Below, piece by piece: positions 1-14,420 of a stretch of DNA of 64,000 nucleotides (position 1 is the first letter of the stretch; every line of letters starts with the position of its first letter). The notes under the pieces were generated by a model. It was not told where the DNA came from. It ran no database searches and worked only from the letters and a program-made list of their open reading frames with translations. This DNA is from Octopus vulgaris (taxonomy: Eukaryota), in the NCBI GenBank assembly GCA_951406725.2, contig OX597815.1, forward strand, positions 109,864,001 through 109,928,000, read 5' to 3'. The position numbers and the translations under genes are program-made.

Positions 1-215
1 GTGCCTTAAATGCTCTTTGGATACTTCCATGTTAGAGAGGGTTTTAATCAAAGAAATTTTAATTCTATTATTCTGTAAAATAATATTTAACTAGTTTAAA
101 TGTACACAAATGCATAAAAATAATTTTTAATTCCATTAGACATTCTAAAATACTATTAAATTTCATTCAATTTTAAAAAAGGTAAAATCGGACAGAACTT
201 ATGGGATGACCTGAT
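1..215 (+). mobile_element. Degenerate 3' end of a mariner/Tc1-type element
   Basis: GGACAGAACTTATGGGATGACCTGA (~190-214) resembles a mariner right TIR; upstream sequence weakly resembles a transposase C-terminus. The left part is outside the window. Confidence 0.3.
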
Positions 216-1216
216 GTATACATACGCATGCATAAATGTGTGTTTGTGGGTATGTGTATAAAAACGAAGGGGAAATAGGGATTAATGCGAGATTTGATCC
301 AATATTTTAGAGACAATATCATATTTAAATTAAGTGATAATTGTCAAAGTTCTTAATTGCTGGAATTATAGAATATTTCTGTTCCTTTCTCTAGGCGTCA
401 ATTCCTTCTCTCTATTTATTATGTCAAGTGTTTTATTTTAAATCCCTTTCCTTATATTTCCATGCTCATCTTTATTTTCATTTTTATTTTATTGCCCTTT
501 TATTTTGTTGTTTTTGTTTTGTTTTGATTTCATTTTTTATTTTGTTTTGTTTTCATCTTCACTTTGTTCTTACATAATTTACTCTACAATCTTCTTTAGA
601 AATTATACCTCATCACTACTGTTGCAGTTTTAACAAACGTCCTGTGATTTAGGATTAGATAATAGTCTTGGTCTCATTGTTACTTTACTTTTTATAGTTC
701 AGTTCTAATTCCTGATTAGTAGTTTTGACCATTACTGTTAACTAGTTATAATTATATGAATTCGTGACAAATATATAAATTTTGGTTCTTTAGGTTTGAA
801 ATGATAGTTGTCTTTTGGTTTGTATATTTGCATATACTTTCCCTGACATTTTTTCCAAAATATAGTAGTAATCGCTAACAGCCTGCCACTGACCATAAAT
901 GTATTAAATTTCTTTACTGGATGCCAGTAATTTTCACTCATAGTAAGAACCAACAATGGCTTAAGACTGATGGCTAAAAATAAATAAAAAATACCACGTT
1001 GACCAAATTCTTTCCTATCTCCTTTCTTCTTTTCCTTTGGCACTAGATTTGATTTCGCTCTGAAGAAGATACTTTTGGGCTACTGGTTCCCCATATTTTC
1101 TGTCAGTCGATCAATCGATCGAATGATGAAATTGAAGCATGATCGCGCCCAAACGCATGAAACACCTGTATGCCTGTGACAAATATATGAATGAATATAA
1201 CTCCTTATTTCTCTCT

Positions 1217-1267
<51 letters not shown>

Positions 1268-1607
1268 GTACACATCTCTCGTTTCTGCTCGAGAGAAACA
1301 CTTCGTTTAACCGGACGTCGTTACTTGATTGATATTAAACTAAATTTTACCGAGTTTGGAAGAATGAAGCAGAAAGTCAAAAGCTAGCCATTGGGTGATG
1401 GTTGGTTTTGAACTTGGAACATAAAAAGATGCATTGAAATACTGCAAGACATTTTGGTGCACTCTCCACCGATCCTTTTATCCCCTGCCCTGAATTTACA
1501 AGGTGCGGAGCCGAGCCTGACTACAAAATATATTGTCTCCTATTCTTTACTACACCTTCTAGGATAGTTTTGATACACTTCTATTGACTTTATTATGATG
1601 GCAAAGA

Positions 1608-1805
1608 AGGTGGTGAGCTGGTAGAAATGTTAGTGCGTCAGAGGAAATGCTTAGCATCAGTTCTTCATATTTCGCCAATGTCTACTTTGTTTTTCATCCT
1701 TCCGAGATCTATAAAGTAAAGTACAAGTCATGTACTAGGCTGGATGTAATCAACTATACCTCCTGCCACTAAAAACTGCTGGCCTTCTGCCAAAGTTTGA
1801 AATTA
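1608..1805 (+). mobile_element. SINE family A, old diverged copy
   Basis: AGGTGGTGAGCTGGTAGAAATGTTAG head and TTTCATCCTTCCGAGATCTATAAAGTAAAGTACAAGT core match the other SINE-A copies. Confidence 0.6.
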
Positions 1806-3372
1806 TTATGATGACAACAAATTAATGGCTAGCTTCTCGGAGAAAAAGCCTTCTTGTTTGTTATGCTCTGAGTTTAATTCTTGCCAAAGTTCACTTCAGA
1901 AGCAATAAAATAATGCACAAGTCAAGTATCTTGTTTGATGTAATGTATTAACCTGGTCACCAAAAATAGCAAACTTTGTCCCTAAATTAGTTGACAATAT
2001 CATAACAATGATATATGTAAGTATTTATGTGTGCATTAACTAAAGTAGGCGGCCTTGTTAGGTTTTTAAATACCAAAATTGATCACTATAAAAAGATTAT
2101 TTCTATATTGCAAGAATTTCTTCAAAATGCTGTTAGCCAACTTCAATCGGTCTACAAATGTTCATTAAACAGTATAACTACATTCAACTACTTACTTTTT
2201 TTTTATATATAAATTATCAGCAACAATCACGTAATCTCTGATCTTCTTGTTGAAAATATGTAATCGTATTAAAAATGTCTCCTACCTCGATGTGTAACTG
2301 TGGTCTACAACTTGGAAGATACATGCAGTCACGCGGTCAACATTGGTCGGGGTCATGTCTAAATTCATAATTCCTTCTCATAGAATCTTTTAAGTAATTT
2401 TAAACTCAAGTTTTGTGATATTGAAGGCGATTCAAGTAGTTTTTAATTCAGATATATTCAGTATATGTGGTTTATATGGTATCTCTTGAAGAAAATTGCC
2501 TCGAAATTGTTTGAAAGTTATGTGATCTTTTTCATTTTACATTTGTTTTAGAATAAATAAATTAATTAATAAAGCAGAGCCTGTTGATGAAAGGTAATTG
2601 TGTTATACTGTGGTATTGGGTTACGGTGTGTTACACGGAGTCCTGACCATGAATGAATTGTAAACACGATGTTAAGAGCATTTACTTAATGCCGGTAATA
2701 TATTATCTACATTTTGCAAATAATGTAGTACACACAGTGGCGTTGGAAAAGGTAGAAGTTCAAGGTTTTAAAGCGATCTCTAAAATCAAGATCAGTCATG
2801 CCTTTGATCTTTTTTTGTTGTTTTTTTTGTTTTTTGTCTTTTTTTTTGTTTGTTTTTAATTGCTCTCTGGAGTGCTTGAAGTCTCATATGTTTTACTTCG
2901 GGGCAAAAACTTTCTAGATGTTACCGAACAACAGATAGGGGATGAAGACATCTGGCACCCTGGACCAGAAATACAAGTGGAATGTCAAACATGTCGTAAT
3001 GTGGAAGAAAAACATAGCAGACATGACTTAGGGCAGAGAAAAGAGCTATGTCCTATAGCAGAAGTCAGTCGCCAAGTAGATGTGAACATAATGTTAAAAT
3101 TTAGTGCAAAAATATCTTCACTGAGCGAATGAGAAATATGCAGATACTCCATACACGCTCTACCTGTATATATATCTGTAAACAAGCAGTAGGTGGTTAC
3201 GTAATTAACTGCCTCAACACCAATTGTGGAAATTTGTGTTTCACACAAACCGAAAGTATAGAGCTAATTAGGAAATTTCATTGGCAATCCATTAATAGAA
3301 CTGTGAAAATATGCAAAGTATTCCAGAAGTTTAGCTTGTAAAAAGTGCATGTATACACATGAGGACAAAGGT

Positions 3373-3488
<116 letters not shown>

Positions 3489-4029
3489 AAGCCATAGAGA
3501 ATATATTTATGTACACATGCTTGCATTAAAACATTACAGAAACGCACGGATACCCAAAGCCAGAAATACATTCACACACAAACATGCACACATTGACGCG
3601 AGAACCAATCCCCCCACCTCTCTCTCTATCACACACACAACACGTACTTTCAGGAAGAACTTAGTTTTTCCTGTCATAAATACTAATATCGTCATTGCTA
3701 TTATATAATTATATTACTATCATAATTATTAATATTAATATTGTTAATGTTATTATCGTTATTCGTATTTTGTATTCCTTTTCTTTTGATTTGGTATGTT
3801 AGTGTGAAAGTTGTATCAAGAACACTACAGTTCGTTCTGACAAGGAAACGACCAGCCTTTCTTTGCAGAGTTACTTATTGATTAAGAACACACGAAAGAT
3901 AGGGCGTCTCAAGTTAGTTCATTTCAATTTTAAACAAAACCCCATAGCCTACGGTTGCCATTACTGATTGTCTTCAATCTCTTTTGAAAGCAGGTGGCTG
4001 TTGTTATTTTATACGACGAATTTGTGTGT

Positions 4030-4062
4030 TCATATATATATATATATATAAGTATTAGTAAT

Positions 4063-4118
<56 letters not shown>

Positions 4119-4503
4119 GTATGTATGTGTGCATATATGGATAAATATGTATCTATATAGCTATAAATTTGAATCTATATATCTATATCTATCTATCTAC
4201 ATACATGCATATATATTATGCATTTATATAAACATTTTTAAATGTGACTGTATATATGTCTATGCATGTATGTATATATACATATACACATATACACATA
4301 TACATATGTCTATATATGTACATATATATATATACATGTAAGTATATACATATATATATACTTATATATACATACACATATATACATATACATATATATA
4401 GATACATATATATACATAGACATATATATACATAAAAATATATACATATATGCATATAAATATATACATATACATACATATATACATATATATATATATA
4501 CAT

Positions 4504-4572
<69 letters not shown>

Positions 4573-4664
4573 CATGTATATATACATATATATACAAGGA
4601 TATATATATATATATATATACATACATATACAAACATACGCTTATCCACACACATAAAAGCAAT

Positions 4665-4732
<68 letters not shown>

Positions 4733-4745
4733 GAGGAAGAGAGAG
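4030..4745. repeat. Compound (TA)n/(TACA)n/(GA)n low-complexity tract
   Basis: Read directly; source of the many YIYIYI ORFs. Confidence 0.95.
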
Positions 4746-5042
4746 ATTTATGCATGTATGTCTACATATATGGATATGTGTGTATCTGTTCAAAAAGTAG
4801 ATAATGATACCCGTATTGTATGTATGCTCACGTTCATACTTCAAAATAATAGTGCAAATAAAAAAGAAAATCCATTGTAGAATCGAATATTTACCATTGA
4901 GACATATTCAAAAGAAATGAAAAACGTATATGTATTAATGTAAAGATATGTGTGTGTCTATGGATGTGCTTTAGTTCAATGTGAATGTGTGTGATTGTAT
5001 GCGTGCGTGTGTATCTGCGTGTGTGTGTGTGTGCATAAACAC

Positions 5043-5082
<40 letters not shown>

Positions 5083-8036
5083 GTGTTTATATATATGCGT
5101 GTGTATGTGGAATTTGAATATGAAAATAGAAGATAGTAGTTGGGTGTTTAAATTTGCAATTTGGATAAAAGAAAAACGAATGTTTCAAGCATTGATTATA
5201 GTTTTTAGGAACAGAAGAAAAAGAATTTATTTTTGAAAAAAAAAATTGCAAGTTAAAATCGAGACATTTTGAAAAATGAATGTGTGTGTGTATCTGTATG
5301 ACATATATATGTATAAATATATACATGTATACTTGCGTGTGTGTGTATGTGTGTGTACATGCACACACACTTATATATACACACACATCCATATATATGC
5401 ACATAAATATATATTCGTATATATATACGCACGCGTATATATTAGTCAGTAGTAGTTAATAATTGAGTGAAAAATATATATGAACTTAACTAAAATTTCT
5501 ATTGATAATGCTCACCATAATAATGATAGAAATGATGCTGATGAAGATGATGATGGTGATGATGTTGATGATAACTATTATTACCATTATTGTTGTTATT
5601 GGTGTTTTTGTCGTTATTATTATTATTATTATCAGAACAAGAATGTAATTATCAATAATACTGAACCCTTCTTTTGATTTCCATGTTCAATGCACTAAAG
5701 TTTATAGATTATCCAAATTTTATTTCCAAATTCTATTTGTTGATATTAATTTATTTAACAAAGAAATGAAAAAAGAAAGCCAAATGTCAACACAAAGAGT
5801 TGTCTCCCCCTTTTCAAATACTATTTTATTTTGTTATTTTATTTTATTCGAATAATGAATACATTACTTGCATGCTTTTTAATTTTTTTCTTTCTTTTTT
5901 GTTAGTATTTCATATAAATTGATGTATGATATTGTCGTCGCAAGATGTCTAAGAAACTCTCATTGTGAACATTTTAGAGTAACTTGGGTAAACAATAACA
6001 TTTTTTCGTTCTTCTTTCAATTTTATTTTTTACATTTATCATTACTTTTTATATGAAACTAAAAAGAGAAATCTTTTTATTTTTACTTGTAACCTGTTCT
6101 CTATGATACGCCTTTTCTTCACTATTATTTTTGTTTTTCCCTTTTTGTCACAGATTTTTTTTTTTTTTTGTAAATTTATTAAAAAAATCTTCCAATATAT
6201 TCTTTCTTTCTTGCTTGCTTTTTGTAAATGCTGCGAGAACAACAACAATACTTCCATCACCGCCGCCACCACTAGCAGCGACGATAAAAATTTTAAAGAA
6301 AATTATAAAGAAAACCAACGTGGACTCGTGACATTTTGACAAAGATGCCCGGTTAATTTCAGATGTAAACAAAATATGTTGTATATTTTCTTTCTGGCGC
6401 ATTAACTCTTTTCCACTTACAGAAATAAAAAATTTTTTAAAAAATTAAAAAAAAGAAAGAAAGAAGGATTTTTTTCTTCTTTCATTCGTTTAATATATTA
6501 TTGATGCGATGGAAGATGGTTTTTAGAAAATATTTTCTTTATACATCACAATAAGTAATGGCAAATAGAAAGTTTATATATTGCACGATTACTTTAACTT
6601 CTTGATATAATCTTCATTGTATCACAAATATAATTTCAGACCACTGTCTGAATCTTTCTTTGCTAAGTTATGTATGTATATATATATACGTAAATGTAGA
6701 ACGTTGGAATGATATAGATACACATACATATATACATGCATATATACACATATGTATACATACACACATATGTATATATGTGTGTGTATATACATGCATA
6801 TATACACATGTATACACACACACACATATGTATATATATATTCTCCTGTGTGTTTACAGATCTCCCTTTCTGCGTTCAAGTTCAGCTCACGGCGGGATTG
6901 GTTCTGTTACATATTCTTTTCTGAGGAGGGGGCGATAACGTAACTTAAAGGTTGCAAACATGACGTTCTTGTTACGATTCAATCGATTATATTAACGCAA
7001 GCCCTTGAAAACTAAATATGTTATGGCGCTGGGCATAGTTTACTATTTCTATTTAAAATACATAAATATATTTATACAGTTTAAACAGTCGGCCTGTCGA
7101 ACGGCTGTTCAATGGAAAGTCGATGTGATTTGATGTTCTGCCCACTGAACTTTGTAGCTACCTACCAAACGTTTTCTTACCTGCGTGGCAACTCTGTTTC
7201 ATGCATATAACAAGGATGTAATAAACAACTTTAAGTCTATATTTCTACTGCACAGGTGCTTTCCAAGAAATCTACACTTGGTGTTAGTATTGAAGTCGGG
7301 GACGCACAAACTAATGTTTCACTGCAATCGTCATGCATCTTTAGAAAGTGTCTGGAATAGAACTGGCTCCATTATCGCACTGACAAACTTCATTTACTCT
7401 GAATTTTACGACAGAATCATTCTTCACTGGTGTTTGCCTTATGATTATTTGATTTCGGTCTTGTATTCTGAAGTTCGATCGCTACAATGTACAGCAGCAC
7501 CTCTTCGGTGGTCACACTAAGTGTTTGTTTATTAATCTGATTAGCATCTCGTACTTGATTCGTCACGGAATCTCCTCCTTTACTCTTCTGTATGTTTTGA
7601 GTCTTCGTCACGCTAATTGAAATTGTAGAAGACATATCTTTGGTACGGTGCAACAAGATCGGAACGAGAAAAACGAAACTGAGAAGCGAGCTTTTTCAAG
7701 CAAACTTTTTAATCACGCATCACACAACACTGATCGTTGAAATTAAATACTTGCTCTCTATAGTTAAATCGTATTTCGGACATTTTTTCTTCAAAAAAGT
7801 TAATTCCAAAGTTTCTAATCAGGGTGACCATCTACCTGTGCGCTCGGCCTGCTGAACATAACACCCCAATCTTCGTCAATCTCATCCTAAGATCTTACTA
7901 AGAAAGAAATACACAACGAAGAATGTAATATTGTGAGTATATAAAACGATACGAGCTAAAATTTCTCTGTCCGTGAGGGCTGATGTGATGCTAAAAAAAA
8001 CTTTCAAAATTGCTTTAGAATCACAACAATGTTTGA

Positions 8037-8269
8037 AGGCGGCGAGCTGGGAGAATCGTTAGCACGCCGGGCGAAATGCTTAGCGGTATTTCGTCTGCCG
8101 CTACGTTCTGAGTTCAAATTCCGCCGAGATCGACTTTGCCTTTCATCCTTTCGGGGTCGATTAAATAAATACCAGTTACGCACTGGGGTCGATATAATCG
8201 ACTTAATCTGTTTGTCTGTCCTTGTTTGTCCCCTCTGTGTGTACCCCTTGTGGGCAGTAAAGAAATAAG
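8037..8269 (+). mobile_element. tRNA-derived SINE family A, full length with TSD
   Basis: Pol III A-box-like TGGGAGAATCGTTAGC and B-box GAGTTCAAATTCC. Central GCCTTTCATCCTTTCGGGGTCGATTAAATAAATACCAG resembles the Meta/MESC SINE domain (from memory). Flanked by ~17-bp duplication AGAATCA(C/T)AACAATGTT. Confidence 0.9.
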
Positions 8270-10687
8270 AATCATAACAATGTTGGCTAATTTGTCTTTA
8301 GCCCCACAGTGACAATGTGCCGAAAACTTTGGAGATAAAAAATAAACATGCATTTTCAATTAATCTCATTTCTCAGGCACTCATTTATTTTAAAGAACAT
8401 TTGTAAGTAGTAAGTTAGTTACTAGATTGCCAGCAAACGGTAATAAAGCTGTTTCCGCTGATAAAGTTAAGAAACCTAAATATACATTATTACCTGCTTT
8501 ACTTGCAGCTGTCATGTTTGATGATTCATTATATTTCTCCACATTTAACTCTACTCAGGGAACTTTTGATTTGGGATATATTAGAAATAATCAAACTCAT
8601 CCTTTTAACAAGAATATATGTATGTCCAGCTTTTCAAACATTTCAACATTTTTTCATTATTTTCGAAATTAATTTTCCCTTTTCATTTTTTATCTCTTCC
8701 ATTGTTTTTCTTTCATTATATCTTATTTTATACCCTCCACTTTCTCTCCCTCCTCTTTCTCTCTCTTCTTTTCTATTTTTTCTTCTCCATAGTCTTTCAC
8801 TTCATCTTTCCCAGAACTGCTCATTATATTTCTACTGTTCATAATTTTTTTACCAATTCAGATACGAAATCAAGAGGAAGCCTACTAGCATCCTTAATGT
8901 CTATTATTAAAAAAAATAAACAAAACCTTATTGAAACACTTTTGCATACTCTATCGCTGTACAGTTGCACATTTCCATTATTTCACATCAAACCAATAAC
9001 GAATGATTTTTGACACAAAGTCTTGAATTCAAATTTGACAGGTGATGTGGGTAGTGTTATAGTACATGATATCAACCCCCAGTATTTGATTACTGTATAG
9101 TTTAACAGCTTTGAAAGGATGCGAGGCAAAATCGACCGCCGACATCTTTGAGACCTCATAAACCCTCTTCATCACACCACTAATCAGTAAGGACTTAATG
9201 CATGAACCTCATTTTTTAAACTCAAATTCCAAGTTTAAGAGCATTAACAGAATTTGAAGGTATGCCTTCATCTCTACTGTCGCCCTTTTCATTCCGTAAA
9301 AGTTCTAAGACATTTTGTCAAGAATAAGCACACATGATAAGTTTAAATAAGGTTTAAAGTTTGTATTACGATTAGAATTATGACAAATAGAAATATCAAT
9401 GAATACCCAGGGATAAATTGCTTAGCAAATATCGTTGTTTATATATTTACAACTTAGTGGTGGTTCTTCCCTTCACTTAAATCCAGAAGTGGAGCAAGAA
9501 CGGGGAGTGGGAGTAGTCATTCACGGGTGCAGGTGTGAAAGGGTGCCAGTTTTTCTGTGTCCTGCTATAACTATTAATTAAGTTAGGGCAGCCAAAGCGC
9601 CAGCTTCTGATAGATCCCTTGGTGCATCATTACAGACCCATCCATTACAGATATATTTACTTCACGCTGTTTCTACCAGGTTTCTCTTCGTTTCCAGGAT
9701 ATCAGTTTATTTTTGAATAACTACGTTTTCATGGAAAATGAAATGAGAACTCCAATTTATTGGAAGCATTTAAATTATCAAATCAATCTCTTTTATTTCC
9801 TTCGTAAATTTTTTCCTTTCATTCATCTTAAACATAATTTTCTTGTTGCTTGACTTTATTTCGTTCACTATTTTCCTCATTTTTTTTGTCTCTTTCTTCG
9901 TTTCCTTTATTTTGAGTATATTTAATTTTTTTATTTATTTCTATCTTATTTTTTAATTTTATTTTAAGCTTTCTTTGTTTTATAATTCTTTCCTACGTTC
10001 ACACCAAATATTCACTTCACATGAAAATTACCTGTTTCTATGACGATGATAAAGTGTGCTCACAAATTCATTCAACCACACATTGCTACAACGCTACAAG
10101 AGTATTGCCACACTGCTTTTTACTGGCATGCATCTATTTGCTCCAAATACCAAAATGTTATAAAGACATCCATCAACTCATTGGCAAGCTAAAGGTATAA
10201 TGAGCAGCATAACAATATATATGTGTGTGTATGCGTATGCGTGTGTGTGTTTATAAGCATAAAAAAGAACAATATCAAAACGAATGTAAAATTTTAAAAA
10301 AGAAAAAGAAGGCAAGAACGAAAAACATCAATAAATAATATTTAAAATAAAACAAGGTTCAACAGTTTTGGTGGGATTTTTATTTTTTTAAGTAATTCAT
10401 TTTCACCTCGAAAAGAATTTTCAACATAATACCATAATAACACTTGCATATATAAGCGTGCGCACACTTATAAGATACCCACTCACAAAAAGAACATACA
10501 AAGACAAACACACAAGCTTAGCCCAAAACTTATACACATATTATGCATACTTGAAAACACAAAAATCAAGGAGGCAGAAAAACCTATTCCGCATTTTAAT
10601 CAATAACACACACATACATACCTATACATATAAGCATACACATGCATACACATGACGTATATTCATATATATGTATATATATATATA

Positions 10688-11215
10688 CTAGGTTGAGGAA
10701 AAGTTCGTCCGCCGCGTTAAAATAACGATTTTTTTTATGCAAGAATTTATTCAAAAACTACAAGAACTATTCTTCAGAATAAAACCGTCATTTTCCACGA
10801 CTTTCTGCCAACGATCTGCAAGCTTTCGGATTTGGTCAAAGTATTAATCCTTCGGCTTTGAATTGAAAAGTTTCTGACAGGTTTCTTCAACTTCATCGAA
10901 TGACTCAAATCGGTAACCTTTCATGGAGTGCTTCATTAATCGGAAGAGACCGTAGTCAGATGGAGCAACGTATGCACTATAGTCTGGATGCGGCAGAACT
11001 TCCACACCGTCCAATCCTTCGATCTTCTTGCTGTTCTTTCTGACGGTATGTGACTTTGCATTGTCTTCTTGAAAGAAAGTACGTTTTCGCCGAACATGTC
11101 ATGAGCACTTTTCAACCAGCGCATCGTACACTCGATCAAATTGCTCCCAGTAAAGTTCAACGTTCATGGCGTGACCATTCGCCACACATTCGGCGCACGA
11201 ACGTCTTCCTCAAGA
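10688..11215 (-). mobile_element. Mariner (DD34D) fragment: transposase C-terminus plus one TIR
   Basis: Minus-strand translation QEDNAKSHT...EVLPHPDYSAYVAPSDYGLF...KLADRWQKVVENDG matches the mariner DNA.PH and YSPDLAPSDY motifs. TIR-like CTAGGTTGAGGAAAAGTTCGTCCG follows TA in a (TA)n tract. Confidence 0.85.
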
Positions 11216-11318
11216 TAATGTATATATATATATGTGTAATTATAATTTTTCCCTTTTTGAGGATTTTCCCGCTGACTGCTTAATAAATTCCTATAAAGAT
11301 TTTATCCTATTTTAAAAT

Positions 11319-11425
<107 letters not shown>

Positions 11426-11612
11426 ACATTTGACGCTACAAACGAAGAGAAAAGTACTCAATAATAGAGTAGAGTGTATAATTTTATATATTTATTGACG
11501 GTGAGGCTCCCCTTAACCATTACTCGAAATTTCAAACATCCGCTTCTCACCACAAAATATTCTGCAATATGCAGAATTTAAATATGCAGTTCTGGTGTAA
11601 GATTACATTAAC

Positions 11613-11903
11613 AGTGGCTGTGGGGTAAGAAGCTTGCTTTCCAACCACATGATTCCGGGTTCAGTCCCACCGCGTGGTACCTTGGGCAAATGTCTTCTAC
11701 TATAGTCTCAGGCCGACCAAAGCCTTGTGAGTGGATTTGGTAGACGGAAACTGAAAGAAGTCCGTCGTATGTGCATGCGTGTGTGTGCGTGTTTGAGTGT
11801 TTGTGTTTGTTCCCCCATCATCGCTTGACGACCGGTGCTGGTGTGTTTACGTCCCCGTAACTTAGCGTTTCGGCAAAACAGACCGATAGAATAAGGATTA
11901 GGC
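11613..11903 (+). mobile_element. tRNA-derived SINE family B
   Basis: A-box TGGCTGTGGGG, B-box GGTTCAGTCCC, CORE-like CCTTGGGCAAAT and internal (TG)n; homologous to the 51.5-53.6 kb copies. Confidence 0.85.
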
Positions 11904-11974
11904 TCGCCCGTATTCTTTAGTGGAAGCAAATAAAGCGATAAATAATAGCGGGTAAACATTGAGTTAACGTTGAT

Positions 11975-12184
11975 ATCAGGTTTTAGCATAAGGTCAGCAA
12001 CGTCAGACGTGGGTGTAAAGCGATAACATCAACATCAGTGTTCAACTGATACTTATTCTATCGACCACGAAAAGCTGAAAAACAAAGTCGACTTCAGTGG
12101 AATTTGAACGCAGGCGTGAAGACGAACAAAATGCTGCTAAACTTTTTGCCCAATGTGTTAACGATTCTGCCAGCTCGTCGCTTT
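11975..12184 (-). mobile_element. SINE family A, diverged copy
   Basis: Reverse complement of head (CTGCCAGCTCGTCGC) and core (AAAGTCGACTTCAGTGGAATTTGAAC). Confidence 0.7.
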
Positions 12185-12311
12185 ATATTGAGTTAATAAC
12201 ATATTAAAGGTCGAAGAATTACCCGCGCATCTCCTCTAAATGTGACCGGCGTTCGACATTGGTCGAAAGCACTCCTTCGAATGTCACTATTATATTCTGG
12301 CCAACGAGAAT

Positions 12312-14420
12312 TTTACACTGTGGGATGACCATAGCTGGAAACAGCAGTCCAGGCGGCTGAGGACGAATGTCCTCCAGATGACCATCATGGTTTCCTTCTC
12401 TCTGGTTCTGAAGGTTTCTCAGGATACAAAAACCCATCTGTCTGCACTTTGTCACCATCTTGGTAATGGGCACATTGAAAGAGGTATCATCACTCATGTC
12501 GATATCCAGATCCCGCACTGATTTAGGATCTGGGATTGTAATCCCTCGTGTGCCAGTGTATCCTGTGAGTTTTACGTTCAGTTTTGGGTGCTGGTAGCGT
12601 AGAGCTTCGAACTTTCCAGTATTAAACTGCATATTATTGCCCTCAGCCCCTCTGTAAATTGAGTCCAACTACTGCTGCAGGCGTGCAACATCGCTATGAT
12701 TTTGTATTTTCTGCGAGACCTTCGTATCGTTTGCGTAGCTAGCATGGGTAACTATCCGGACATCTGATGGCATATCTGAGAGGGCCGCTCTGAAAAGCAG
12801 TGGTCCCAAGACAGTGCCCTGTAGAACAACACTCATTATTTGTATTTTCTTTGAGGTGGCTCCATTGGCCCCCACTGCCCGACTTCTATCTTTCAGAAAG
12901 TCATGTAACTACTCTCCAAGTTTTCCAGCTATACCAAGATCACGTAGTTTGTGGCATTTCATACCATGATCAACTTTATCAAAAGCTTTCGCAAAGTCAA
13001 GGTATATTACGTCCACATTTGAGTTGTCGAGTAACTGCCTCAACACCCAATCATAGTGCTGTAGGAGCTGGGTCAGGCAGTTCATACCTGGTCGAAAATC
13101 ATGATGGGTATCACTCAGCAAGTCGTTTTCTTTAAGGAATGCGATTAGTTTCTCTCTGACTATTCGTTCTATGACTTTCCTGATGTGTGAAGTCAGAGAG
13201 ATAGGCCTATAATTTTTCGCATCCGCTCTGCTTCTACTTTTATGGATTGAGGATATTAGTCCCACCTTCAGTTTGATTGGCGGCTTGACATTTGTAAGAA
13301 AGCTCTGGAAGAGAATCTGTAGTAGTTTCACCACGTTTACACGATTTGAGGAGGACTGCTGGGAAGCCGCTAGAGCAAGCAGTTGAGCTTCCGCCCACCT
13401 CATCTATTATATCTTCTTCCCCAATATCTACATAATCCATCGTAACTGCCTCGCTAGTTATAGGTGAGGAGGCAAAGAAATCCACAGGTTCTTTCACTTG
13501 TCTGTGTCCCAACGGGGTGGCATAGATACTTTTGAACTGGTCATTCAGAACTTCACTGCAGAATATTCTGCAGTGGTTGGGTTATCTGTAAGTGTGATCC
13601 TATTTTGCAGCGTACTGAGGCTGTTTCTTCGACATGATGAAAGAAGGCCTTTGGGTTTGATTTGATATTTTCTATAACCCAGACTTCTTTGTCTGATCGC
13701 TCCTTCTCATAGGATTGTTGCAGGCTGTTTTCAATATCCATCGGTGTTGTTTTTAGGCGGGACCTTTCACTACTTTTGCGATGTTGGTAGAAGCAATTTG
13801 CATCTTTCGTCCGTCGTCTCATTAGGATCTTCCTCTCCCTTGGCACCGTGTTCCTTTTGTGTCTGTCGTGTGCTCTGGAACATATTTCTGGCATATGGTT
13901 TTCATAACAAACATGAAATATTCTAGTTCCATACCAATGTCTGGTGTGGAGAGACATTTCGGCTGGTCCTGTCTGAGGATCTCTTTTTGGATTGATTTGC
14001 AGACTGCTTTGTGAAAGTTCACATTGGAGAGAGCTTGGGTGCTGTATGTCTCTGGATACTTTTAGTCCATGCATAGACGGCACTATTACCTTGTGATCGG
14101 AAACTAATATCGGTGTCACTTTCACATTATGAACGATGTCAATATTGTTTGTGAAGCAGAGATCCAATACGTTATTCGCCCTGGTTGGTCGGAGCACAAT
14201 TTTCTCCATGAATAGGGCATTGGTGAGGGTGAGCAGGGACTTCACCTGTACTTGTTTGAAATGAGTCATTCCTGAGAGCATGATGCCCTCGGTCCATTTG
14301 ACACTGAAGAAGCTGAAGTTACCCATAAGAAACACATTCACGTAATGTTACAGTTCCATGAGTGTTTCTTTTATTCTTGTGAGGCAGCCTTCAAATTTGT
14401 CCATGTGGTTTGGAGCGTCA
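12312..14420 (-). mobile_element. CR1/L2-group LINE, decayed ORF2 (APE endonuclease C-part plus RT)
   Basis: EN motifs VFLMGNF, RPTRANNVLDLCFTN, SDHKVI. RT motifs NYRPISLTSH, IYLDFAKAFDKVDH, QGTVLGPLLF, SYAND, NNMQFNTGKF. Contains stops and frameshifts; 3' end missing. Confidence 0.92.

Noticed and set aside
738-1043. 101-aa minus-strand ORF
   Set aside because: GTG start and no homology recognised.
2860-3132. Ordinary-looking 90-aa ORF
   Set aside because: TTG start, no recognisable motif, no convincing splice sites; cannot be supported.
3994-4880. Stack of [12 protein letters not shown] ORFs (also at 20.3, 38.7, 42.0, 49.5, 55.0, 56.3 and 58.5 kb)
   Set aside because: Microsatellite translation artefacts.
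5650-6620. AU-rich stretch resembling a long 3' UTR
   Set aside because: No linked coding exon; AATAAA hits are expected at this AT content.
8037-8125. tRNA-like A/B boxes in SINE heads as tRNA genes
   Set aside because: No complete cloverleaf; they continue into SINE bodies with tails and TSDs.
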